Of a stretch of DNA of 64,000 bases, positions 56,036-64,000 are shown piece by piece. The notes under the pieces are model-generated. The model saw only the letters and a program-made list of their open reading frames with translations. It searched no databases and was not told the origin of the DNA. Source of the stretch: Candidatus Latescibacterota bacterium (lineage in GTDB: Bacteria; Latescibacterota; UBA2968; UBA8231); the NCBI GenBank assembly GCA_965261395.1, contig OZ253462.1, positions 2,368,001-2,432,000 on the forward strand. Direction: 5' to 3'. The stretch's first letter is position 1; every line of letters starts with the position of its first letter. The position numbers were made by a program, and so were the translations under genes.

Positions 56036-57316
56036 ATGGAAGTTCCCAAGTTAGATGATCCGGTAAAAGTCGCCCTGATCGGCACGGGCAATCGCGCCAG
56101 CACCATCTATCAGCCCTTGCTGCCGTCGCTTAAAGACTGGGTCGAGGTGGTGGCCTGCGTCGATCCGGTCCAGGAGTATTGCGACCGGGCGGCAGCAGCC
56201 CTCGGCGCGCGGGCTTATTACGATGTGCGCGAGTTGGTCAAGGACGGAATCGCCGAGGCGGCATTGGTCGTAACGCCGGTGCCCTCGCACTACGCCTATT
56301 CGATATATCTGTCGAGCCACGGCATCCACAACATGTGCGAGACGACTTGGTGCAGCTTGGTGGCGCAGGCGCGGGAGATGATCCGGGTGGCGCGGGAGCA
56401 GGAGGTGGTGGTGCGAGTGGCGGAAAACTTCTTCCGCTTTGCCTGCGACCGCTTCGCGCAAACCGTAAAGGACAGCGGGTTTATCGGTCGCATCGGCCGC
56501 ATCTTCAGCTACGCCGACCACACTGGGTATCACAACAACTCGCGCTGGGTGCGGTTTTTTGGGCATCCGGTATGGGCGCAGGCCATCGGGCATTCGATAG
56601 AGACGCCGTCCTTCCGCTCCATGCCGCACCGCTTTCACTCCGGCGAGCACTTCAAGGCGCATTACTTCGGCTTTGCGGGAGGAGAGATGGTCGCCGATCA
56701 GCTTGCCAATGGCAAAGGCTGGTTGGGGCGGCATCCACGGCCTGGGTACACCGAATGGCAGGGCGAGCGGGGGACACTGCTCTACCGGGCGCAGGATCCG
56801 GGGGTGGGAGCGAGCACAAGGGGCTTTACGCTTGCCAAGATGCAGCTTAGGCGCTGTTCGGATGCCGGGGTTGACCACGAGCACGGGGTGGAGACGATCC
56901 GCTCGATTGCCGACGAGATCGTCGATGTCATTGACGAGGACGACGGCTATAGCTGGACCCGGAGCTATGCCGACACTAGCACGGGCCGGATCGAATACGA
57001 AAATCCCTTCCGCACCCGTGAGTTTGCGAATCTGCGCAAGGACTACGGCGCGTCGGCCATGAGCCATATCGCCGACTTTGCGCTCGCCGTGCGGGGGGTG
57101 CAGCCAAGCGAGTTCGACGACGAAGACGCGTTGATGTCGCTGGTGATGAATGTGGCCTGCGATTTGTCGGCGGGGAATCAGGGGCAGCGGGTGGCTCTGC
57201 CATTGGCCGACGAGGCGGCCGCGGATGCTCCGCTGCACCAGCATCTCACCAAACAATACGGCATCGATCCCATGGATGTAGAGGGCATGATGTCGGTCAA
57301 CTACGCCCAGCCCTGA
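56036..57316 (+). CDS. Gfo/Idh/MocA family oxidoreductase
   Basis: VALIGTGNRA, VVTP...H, VAENF; atypical CETTW in place of EKP. Confidence 0.82.
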   Translation: MEVPKLDDPVKVALIGTGNRASTIYQPLLPSLKDWVEVVACVDPVQEYCDRAAAALGARAYYDVRELVKDGIAEAALVVTPVPSHYAYSIYLSSHGIHNMCETTWCSLVAQAREMIRVAREQEVVVRVAENFFRFACDRFAQTVKDSGFIGRIGRIFSYADHTGYHNNSRWVRFFGHPVWAQAIGHSIETPSFRSMPHRFHSGEHFKAHYFGFAGGEMVADQLANGKGWLGRHPRPGYTEWQGERGTLLYRAQDPGVGASTRGFTLAKMQLRRCSDAGVDHEHGVETIRSIADEIVDVIDEDDGYSWTRSYADTSTGRIEYENPFRTREFANLRKDYGASAMSHIADFALAVRGVQPSEFDDEDALMSLVMNVACDLSAGNQGQRVALPLADEAAADAPLHQHLTKQYGIDPMDVEGMMSVNYAQP

Positions 57317-57317
57317 C

Positions 57318-58409
57318 GTGGGACGGGGCACGCTTTATCCGCCCGAGTCGCGGACTTTGCGCGACGCACAGACGGGTGCCGAAATCCGCCAGATTACGGC
57401 GCACCCGTCGATCCACCACCATCCGTTCTATTATATTCCCGCGTACGACGACGCGATGCGGCATCTGGTGTTTGTCTCGCACCGCACGGGCCGTCCAGAA
57501 CTTTTTCTGGAATTGCGCGATTCCGGGCAGTTGCTGCAACTAACCGAGCACGAGGGGCTGGCCGAGTTTTCGATCGCGCCGTCGCACGATGGCCGCTATG
57601 TCTATTTCACCGACGGGCAAGGGGCTTGGCGGGTGGATACCGAGACCTGCGAGGAAGAGCAGTTGGCTTCTTTTGCCACGGTTGCCATGCGCGAAAAAGG
57701 CATGGTCGCAGCGGCGATGGGGACGACGGCACTTAGTTATGACGATGCGTGGTGGGCGGTGCCGGTGAAGATGGGTGCTGTGGCGCGCTTGGTGGTGATT
57801 GATACCCGTAGCGGTGCTAGTGAAGTGATTGTAGAGCGGGATTCGATTGGCCATCCAGAGTTTCATCCCAATGACAGTTCGCTGTTGCGCTATGCTGGGC
57901 CGTATTACGAGCGGATGTGGGTGATAAATCGGGATGGCAACAACCATCGGCTGGCGTATAGGCGCGAGGGCAACGAGTGGATCGTCCACGAGACTTGGCA
58001 TCCGCACAAGCGGGAGCTGCTGACGACGCGCTGGCCGCACGGGGTGATCGGCGTCGATGTCGATAGCGGGGCCGTGCGCCCGGTCTGTTCGTTCAACGCT
58101 TGGCATCCGATGGTCAGCCGCGACGGCGCGCGGATGGTGGCGGATACGACGTTTCCCGATAGCGGATTGCAGGTGTTTGATCCCAACGACGGCGTTGGCA
58201 CGCCGCAATTGCTCTGCCTGTCGGAGTCGAGCAACGAGGGCAAACATTGGAATATTGACCACTGTCCGTACGACGACGGTCCGGTCGAGGTTTATGCGCC
58301 GCAGCACACGCATCCGCACCCGAACTTTTCGCCGGATGGGTGCTACGTGGTTTTTGCATCGGATCGGAGCGGTTGGGCGCAGATATACGAGTGTAAGATT
58401 GAGATTTAA
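57318..58409 (+). CDS. Oligogalacturonate lyase (PL22)-like beta-propeller
   Basis: DAQTGAEIRQIT, HPFYY, GHPEFHPND, VHETW, QHTHPHPNFSPDG metal-site motif. Confidence 0.8.
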   Translation: MGRGTLYPPESRTLRDAQTGAEIRQITAHPSIHHHPFYYIPAYDDAMRHLVFVSHRTGRPELFLELRDSGQLLQLTEHEGLAEFSIAPSHDGRYVYFTDGQGAWRVDTETCEEEQLASFATVAMREKGMVAAAMGTTALSYDDAWWAVPVKMGAVARLVVIDTRSGASEVIVERDSIGHPEFHPNDSSLLRYAGPYYERMWVINRDGNNHRLAYRREGNEWIVHETWHPHKRELLTTRWPHGVIGVDVDSGAVRPVCSFNAWHPMVSRDGARMVADTTFPDSGLQVFDPNDGVGTPQLLCLSESSNEGKHWNIDHCPYDDGPVEVYAPQHTHPHPNFSPDGCYVVFASDRSGWAQIYECKIEI

Positions 58410-58430
58410 CCACTAAATAGAGGAAGGATT

Positions 58431-59327
58431 ATGCTACCTATCGTCGATACGCATCAACACATGTGGGATTTGGCGCAGTTCGCGCTGCCGTGGCTGGAGG
58501 GTGAGGGCATAGAGCCGCTGCGGAAAAATTACTTGATGAGCGATTACTTGGCGGCGGCCGCAGGAGCCGGCATTGCCCGCACCGTCTATATGGAAGTGGA
58601 TGTCGCCGCTGCGCAGCGCATTGCGGAGGCGGAGTTTGTGGCCGGCCTGTGTAGGGCCGACGACAACCTAATGGCCGCGGCGGTGATCGGAGGCAGTCCG
58701 GGGGAGGAAAGTTTCCGCGCCTATATCGATCGCTTTAAGGGCAATGATTTCATTAGGGGCGTGCGGCAGGTGTTGCACGTGCCCGCCGCCGAGCCGGGCC
58801 GTTGTCTGCAGGAAAGTTTCGTCCGCGACGTGCAGTACCTGGGCGAGATCGGCCTAAGTTTCGATCTGTGCCTGCGACCGAGCGAGTTGGGAGACGCGGT
58901 CGGCTTGGTGGATCAGTGTCTGGGTACGCGCTTCATCGTCGATCACTGCGGCAATGCCGACCCGCAGATCGTCAACGGCGCGGCTGAGCACGATCCGGCC
59001 AACCCCTTTAGCCACACCAAAGAGCAATGGCAGCGCGACATGGCCGCACTGGGCGCACGAGAGCACGTAGTCTGCAAAGTATCCGGGATCATCGCCCGGG
59101 CACCCGCAGGGTGGAGCGCCGACACGCTGGCACCGACGGTCAATCACTGCTTGGACAGCTTTGGGCCGGACCGGGTGGTGTTCGGCGGCGATTGGCCGGT
59201 GTGCAACTTCGGGGCGAGTTTGGGCGCGTGGGTGGCTGCGCTGCGAGAAATCGTCTCCGGGAGACCGGAGGAAGAGCAGGCCAAATTGCTCGCTGGCAAT
59301 GCCGAGTGGCTCTACGGATTGGAGTGA
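58431..59327 (+). CDS. Amidohydrolase_2 family (sugar lactonase-like)
   Basis: VDTHQHMWD, GVR, SFDLC, VDHCG, CKVSG, FGGDWPV. Confidence 0.87.
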   Translation: MLPIVDTHQHMWDLAQFALPWLEGEGIEPLRKNYLMSDYLAAAAGAGIARTVYMEVDVAAAQRIAEAEFVAGLCRADDNLMAAAVIGGSPGEESFRAYIDRFKGNDFIRGVRQVLHVPAAEPGRCLQESFVRDVQYLGEIGLSFDLCLRPSELGDAVGLVDQCLGTRFIVDHCGNADPQIVNGAAEHDPANPFSHTKEQWQRDMAALGAREHVVCKVSGIIARAPAGWSADTLAPTVNHCLDSFGPDRVVFGGDWPVCNFGASLGAWVAALREIVSGRPEEEQAKLLAGNAEWLYGLE

Positions 59328-59329
59328 GT

Positions 59330-60343
59330 ATGGACCCTTTTGAAAAAGTAGCGATTGGCGATACGGGCGTGGAGGTGACACGGCTGGGGTTGGGCGGCGC
59401 GCCGTTGGGCGGGATGATCTTGGCCGACGGGATTTTTGAGGGTAGCGGGTACGACGAGGCATTGGCCATCATCCGCCGGGCCTATGAAATGGGCGTGCGC
59501 TATTTCGATACCGCGCCGATGTACGGCGACGGGCGCAGCGAGGTGCGCTACGGGCGGGTGCTGGGCGAGTTCCCGCGCGAGTCTTTCGCCATCTCGACCA
59601 AGGGATCACGGGTGTTGCGGCCTGTAGACCCGGACGACTTGGCACCCTACAGCGAGGACAGGATCCCGCACTATACCTACGATTTCGATTTCAGCGCCGA
59701 GGGCTTGCGGGCCTCGCTCGATTCGAGCTTGGAACGGCTGGGCTTGGCGGCGGTGGATATTTTCTTTGTCCACGACAGCGACTTCAAGGGGCAGCACACC
59801 GACGAGGAATTTATCGAAGCACTAGAGGCGGCGGTCGAATTGCGTGCAGCGGGTACGGTCAAGGCCATCGGCATGGGCATGAACGAGTGGGAGCGCACCG
59901 GGCGGATGGTCGAGCGCTTTGATCTGGATTACATCCTCTTGGCCGGGCGCTACACGCTGCTGGACCAGTCGGCGCTGCCCGAGTTTTTGCCGCTGTGCGT
60001 AGAGCGCGGAGTGAAGCTGACCATGGGCGGGCCGTACAACAGCGGCATCCTCGCCCGCGATTTGAGCCAGCCGGTTTCTTTTGATTACCAGCCCGCGCCC
60101 GCGCATCTGGTGCAACAGGCCCAGGCGCTCAAGGCGATCTGCGACCGGCACGGCGTTGAGCTACGGGCGGCGGCATTGCAATTTCCCTTTGGGCACGAGG
60201 CGGTGATTTCGGCGGTGCCTGGCGCGGCGTCCGTGGCCGAGTTAGAGGACAACGCGCGCGTGATGCAGGCGGAGATTCCGCCGGCTCTGTGGGACGAGTT
60301 CAAGGCCGAGGGGTTGTTGCCAGAGGGGGCACCGACGCCGTAA
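59330..60343 (+). CDS. Aldo/keto reductase (D-threo-aldose 1-dehydrogenase/L-fucose dehydrogenase-like)
   Basis: Start ATG 59330; LGLGGAPLG, YFDTAPMYG, FDFS, SLERLG, LAGRYTLLDQ, GPYNSGIL. Confidence 0.88.
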   Translation: MDPFEKVAIGDTGVEVTRLGLGGAPLGGMILADGIFEGSGYDEALAIIRRAYEMGVRYFDTAPMYGDGRSEVRYGRVLGEFPRESFAISTKGSRVLRPVDPDDLAPYSEDRIPHYTYDFDFSAEGLRASLDSSLERLGLAAVDIFFVHDSDFKGQHTDEEFIEALEAAVELRAAGTVKAIGMGMNEWERTGRMVERFDLDYILLAGRYTLLDQSALPEFLPLCVERGVKLTMGGPYNSGILARDLSQPVSFDYQPAPAHLVQQAQALKAICDRHGVELRAAALQFPFGHEAVISAVPGAASVAELEDNARVMQAEIPPALWDEFKAEGLLPEGAPTP

Positions 60344-60445
60344 GAAAAGGACAGGGGTATCGGGGTCGGCTCCAGCGAAAAGCGCGCGATTGTCTTCGGC
60401 GCGGCTATTTAATATTCGAATTTCAAATTATATCTGATCGCTCTA

Positions 60446-60494
60446 GGCCAGATAGCCTTTGACCTTTCGGGCAAGGGTTATCTGGTCTTTCTTT
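60446..60494 (+). terminator. Long hairpin with U-rich tail immediately upstream of paralog 3 (terminator/attenuator-like)
   Basis: GGCCAGATAGCCTTTGACC-TTTC-GGGCAAGGGTTATCTGGTC: 19-position stem with G-U pairs and one mismatch, followed by TTTCTTT. Confidence 0.6.
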
Positions 60495-60500
60495 ACGGCT

Positions 60501-62432
60501 ATGAGTGCGGTCTCTGTGGACTCGGCAAAGGGCTGTACTGCCAAGGCGCTTTTCGTCGGGCTGGCCGGGGCAGTCTGCCTGGGCTTAGGGTCGACCTACA
60601 ACGATATGATCATCAAAGGTTCCGGCTTGGCGGTTTGGAACCTGACGCCGGGGGCGATCTTTTTATTTTTCTCAGTCGTTGTCGGCAATGGGCTGGTGCG
60701 TTGGGTCTATCCCCGTTTGGCGCTGGTGCGGGGAGAGTTGGCGGTGGTGTTTTTCCTGTTGCTGTTGGCCAATACGCTTTCCGGGCGCGGTTTGCCGGTG
60801 CAACTGCTGCCGGTGATGACCGGAGCCTATTATTACGCGACCCCCGAAAATAATTGGCGAGAGCTGGTCCAGCCCTTTCTGCCGGATTGGCCGCTGCCGC
60901 AGGGGGATGAGGCTGTTCGCCGGTTTTACGAGGGCGCACCCGACGGGGCGATCCCCTGGGATGTATGGGTGGCGCCATTATGCTGGTGGGCCATTTTCGG
61001 GTTGGCGCTCTTTTGGGCGATGATCTGCCTGATGGTCATCGTCAGGCGCCAGTGGGTTGAGCACGAGCGGCTGAGTTATCCGATGGTGCAGTTGCCGCTG
61101 GCGCTCTTGGGCGGCGAGAGGCAGAAGCCTCTATTGCGGCGGGGACTGGTGTGGATTGGTTTTGCCGTGCCCTTTCTGCTCGGCTCGATCAACGCCCTGC
61201 ATAATTATTATGGGATCTTTCCCCAGGTGAGCTTGTCGCTGGGCTCGGTGGAGATCGTGCGCGGCATGCCCACGCTCGGGTTGGGGCTCAACTCCTCGAT
61301 GATCGGTTTCTCGTATTTCGTGCCGCAGAACGTCGCCTCGGGTTTGGTGGTCTTCTTTTTGTTCAATCGCTTACAGAGCGGGTTGCTGACGCAGTTTGCC
61401 TGGGGCGGCAGGGATGCCAGCATGGGCCCCTACAGCCAGTATACGGATTCGGTTATTATCTACCAGGCAATGGGGGGTATGATCGTGCTGGTGCTGGGGA
61501 TGTTATGGGTGGGTCGGGAGCATTTGCGGGCGGTGTTGCGCCGCGCTCTACGCGGCGCTGCGGATGTCGAAGACGGCGACGAGATCATGTCCTATCGCGC
61601 GGCGGTCGCTGGCGCGATAATTAGCTTTATGGTGATGACCGTCTGGCTCTGGCGCACGGGAATGCCATTGCCGGTGGCAGTGATGTTGTTAGTCGGCTCG
61701 TTTGTCGGTTTTATAACCATCACGCGGGTGGTCGCCCAAGGGGGGGTGGCTTCGATGTTTCCGCCGAGCAACGGCCCGGATTTCGTCATCTCGGGGGTCG
61801 GGGCCTCGCTATTGGGTTTCAAGGGCACAGTGGGGCTGGCGCTGAGCTATGCCTGGGGAGTGGATCAGTTGATCTTGCTGATGGCGGCCTGCGCCAATGG
61901 CCTGAAGCTGTTTACCGAGATAGACCTGGCCGGCCGGCGGCGGATGTTTTGGGGTGTTTTGGCGGTGATCGGGCTGACGCTGAGTTCGGTGATCGGGCTG
62001 ACGCTCTATCTGGCCTACGAACACGGGGCGATCAATCTGTCGAATTTTTATTTTAATAATGTCGCCCAGTATCCGTACAATTTTATGAGTAAGAACGTGC
62101 AGACCCCCGAGGGGCCGAGTCCAGGTATGTGGTCGCATACTTGGGTCGGGGCGGGAATTATGGGCGCGTTGATGTGGTTGCAATATCGCTTCGTGTGGTG
62201 GCCTTTTCACCCGCTGGGTTTTCCGATCAGTTGCGTCTTCGGCTCAATGTGGTTTTCGGTATTCGTCGCTTGGGCGATTAAAGGCACAGTACTCAAATAC
62301 GGGGGTTTGGGGCTTTTCGAGCGCTTGAAGCCATTGTTTTTGGGCTTGATCCTAGGCGAGGCGGTCGTCGCCGGCTTCTGGGTGGTCGTCGATTATTGCA
62401 CCGGGATGCAGGGCAATATCACCATGAGGTAG
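60501..62432 (+). CDS. DUF6785/DUF6784-like polytopic membrane protein, paralog 3
   Basis: YYATPENNW, RRQWVEHERLSYP, WWPFHPLG, KYGG, PLFLGLILG, TGMQGN shared with paralogs 1 and 2. Confidence 0.82.
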   Translation: MSAVSVDSAKGCTAKALFVGLAGAVCLGLGSTYNDMIIKGSGLAVWNLTPGAIFLFFSVVVGNGLVRWVYPRLALVRGELAVVFFLLLLANTLSGRGLPVQLLPVMTGAYYYATPENNWRELVQPFLPDWPLPQGDEAVRRFYEGAPDGAIPWDVWVAPLCWWAIFGLALFWAMICLMVIVRRQWVEHERLSYPMVQLPLALLGGERQKPLLRRGLVWIGFAVPFLLGSINALHNYYGIFPQVSLSLGSVEIVRGMPTLGLGLNSSMIGFSYFVPQNVASGLVVFFLFNRLQSGLLTQFAWGGRDASMGPYSQYTDSVIIYQAMGGMIVLVLGMLWVGREHLRAVLRRALRGAADVEDGDEIMSYRAAVAGAIISFMVMTVWLWRTGMPLPVAVMLLVGSFVGFITITRVVAQGGVASMFPPSNGPDFVISGVGASLLGFKGTVGLALSYAWGVDQLILLMAACANGLKLFTEIDLAGRRRMFWGVLAVIGLTLSSVIGLTLYLAYEHGAINLSNFYFNNVAQYPYNFMSKNVQTPEGPSPGMWSHTWVGAGIMGALMWLQYRFVWWPFHPLGFPISCVFGSMWFSVFVAWAIKGTVLKYGGLGLFERLKPLFLGLILGEAVVAGFWVVVDYCTGMQGNITMR

Positions 62433-62467
62433 CGATCGCGTCGCGATCATATCACAGGGAGGCAGCT

Positions 62468-63406
62468 ATGGCTGAACGATTGGTGTATTTCAACGGCGAG
62501 TTCGTCCCCGAGTCGGAGGCGCGGATCTCGATTTTTGACTGCGCCCTGATGTATGGGGACATGGTTTTTGAGATGACGCGGAGCTTTGGGCAAAAGCCCT
62601 TTCGGCTGCACGAGCATCTGGAGCGGCTCTACGGCTCGCTCAAATACGCGCAGATCGACTGCGGGCTGGATATCGACGCGATGGAGGAGGCGACCCACGA
62701 GACCATTGCCCGCAACCTGCCCGCGATCGGCGCGCTGGACTTCCAAATCATGCACGATGTCACGCGCGGTGCTCTGCCGCTGTACAATACTATCGTCAAG
62801 GAAGGCGCGGCCCCGATTGTCACCATCAATGTCTTCCCACTGGTGCGGCACACCGGCGGGATGGCGCATCTCTATCAACAGGGCGCGCACTTTGTCGTCC
62901 CGCCTCAGCAGTCGGTGCCTTCGCGCTACATCGACCCCAAGGCCAAAAACCGCAGCCGCATCTTCTACAAGCTCGCCGAGCTACAGGCCGCGCAGATGGA
63001 AGCCGGGGCCCAAGCGCTGCTGACCGACGAGCACGGCTTTATCACCGAGGGGACGGGCAACAACTTCTTCATGGTTCGCGACGGTCAGGTAATCACGCCC
63101 AAAGGACATAACATCCTGCGCGGCGTATCGCGCGGCACGTGTATAGAACTGGCCGCTAAGCTCGGCCTGCCCCTGTGCGAAGCCGATATCGAACCCTACG
63201 ACGTGCGCGAAGCCGACGAGGCGTGGTTTACCAGCACCACGATCTGCATGGTGCCGATTACGCGCTTTAACTTTCAGGCGGTGGGCGACGGCCAAGTGGG
63301 GCCAGTGTATCGTCGGTTGCTGGCGGCGTGGTCTGAGGAGGTGGGCGTGGACATCGCCGCTCAAGCGCGTCAGTACGCCGAGATGATGGAGGGGTGGACC
63401 CCCTAG
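62468..63406 (+). CDS. Aminotransferase class IV (branched-chain/D-amino acid aminotransferase-like)
   Basis: VYFNGEFVP, YGDMVFE, HLERL, KAK, ITEGTGNNFF, ILRGVSR, ADEAWFTST; GGAGG RBS. Confidence 0.9.
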   Translation: MAERLVYFNGEFVPESEARISIFDCALMYGDMVFEMTRSFGQKPFRLHEHLERLYGSLKYAQIDCGLDIDAMEEATHETIARNLPAIGALDFQIMHDVTRGALPLYNTIVKEGAAPIVTINVFPLVRHTGGMAHLYQQGAHFVVPPQQSVPSRYIDPKAKNRSRIFYKLAELQAAQMEAGAQALLTDEHGFITEGTGNNFFMVRDGQVITPKGHNILRGVSRGTCIELAAKLGLPLCEADIEPYDVREADEAWFTSTTICMVPITRFNFQAVGDGQVGPVYRRLLAAWSEEVGVDIAAQARQYAEMMEGWTP

Positions 63407-63419
63407 GAAGGCTTCGATT

Positions 63420-64000
63420 ATGACCGACCATCCTACAGATGCCGAGCGCTTCTTCTTCGACAACAACGGCTACTTGGTGCTAGAAGATTTCCTCGCGCCG
63501 GATCGGGTCGCGGCCCTCGACGCGGCCCTGGAACGCACCATCGAGCGTCGCCGCGACCCCCAGTTCAAGCGCGAGCACGATCCGGCCTTTGCCGACCGGC
63601 TCGACGCGGCCAACGTGCGGGTCATGCACCTTTTGGCCGAGGATCCGCTCTTTTTGGAGATGCTCGACTACGAGCCGATGATGGCCTATGTCCACGGTCT
63701 CTTTAACGAGATGCCGCACCTGCACTCGACGGACGCCTTCTACGAGGTCGAACCCGCTGACTACCACGGGCAGGGCTGGCACATCGACGGGATTCAGGAT
63801 GGCTTCCGCAACCTCAAGCCGCATATCCCACTGTTGCAGTTCAAGGTGGGCTATTACCTGAGCGACATGAGCGCGCCCGACCAAGGCAACCTGACTTTAG
63901 TGCCCGGCAGCCACAAGGCGCTGCTAGAGCCAGGCACAGGGGATGGTATGCCCGGGGCTGTGCAAATATGTGGCGGCCCGGGGACGGCGGTGCTTTTTCA
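63420..64000 (+). CDS. PhyH-like dioxygenase, truncated by the window end
   Basis: Not in the ORF track; my translation gives MTDHPTDAERFFFDNNGYLVLEDFL...WHIDG...KVGYYLSD...GNLTLVPGSHK. Confidence 0.82.
   Translation, partial: MTDHPTDAERFFFDNNGYLVLEDFLAPDRVAALDAALERTIERRRDPQFKREHDPAFADRLDAANVRVMHLLAEDPLFLEMLDYEPMMAYVHGLFNEMPHLHSTDAFYEVEPADYHGQGWHIDGIQDGFRNLKPHIPLLQFKVGYYLSDMSAPDQGNLTLVPGSHKALLEPGTGDGMPGAVQICGGPGTAVLF

Noticed and set aside
56051-57331. 426-aa antisense ORF mirroring the Gfo gene
   Set aside because: Shadow ORF expected from GC-rich codon bias; no recognisable motifs, while the + strand protein has clear family motifs.
1-64000. tRNA, rRNA, IS elements, prophage or known defence systems beyond TA pairs
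   Set aside because: No T-loop/CCA tRNA pattern, transposase, integrase or phage structural motifs recognised by eye; a covariance-model scan could still find small RNAs.

Overview
GC-rich bacterial chromosomal window, densely coding (about 50 genes). I found no rRNA, tRNA, CRISPR array, integrase or transposase. The gene repertoire resembles Ca. Latescibacterota/Poribacteria-like (FCB-related, possibly sponge-associated) genomes; this is an inference from protein families, not a database result. Main content: (i) three paralogous ~650-aa polytopic membrane proteins (DUF6785/DUF6784-like) next to catabolic enzymes; (ii) two copies of an ordered gene pair encoding large secreted proteins with TPNGDG/FlgD-like C-terminal domains ending in Tyr; (iii) two ASPIC/FG-GAP (CRTAC1-like) lipoproteins, two stand-alone secreted Cache proteins with a SWGQLK tail, a PL10 pectate-lyase-like protein and an LRR+TolB lipoprotein; (iv) a sugar-acid catabolic cluster, three PhyH dioxygenases, a lipid/glycosyltransferase operon and two toxin-antitoxin pairs; (v) several broken genes. 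The most unusual structure is that four or five cargo blocks are each bracketed by diverged direct repeats made of ordinary host gene-boundary sequence (14 bp to about 2 kb), with no recombinase nearby.
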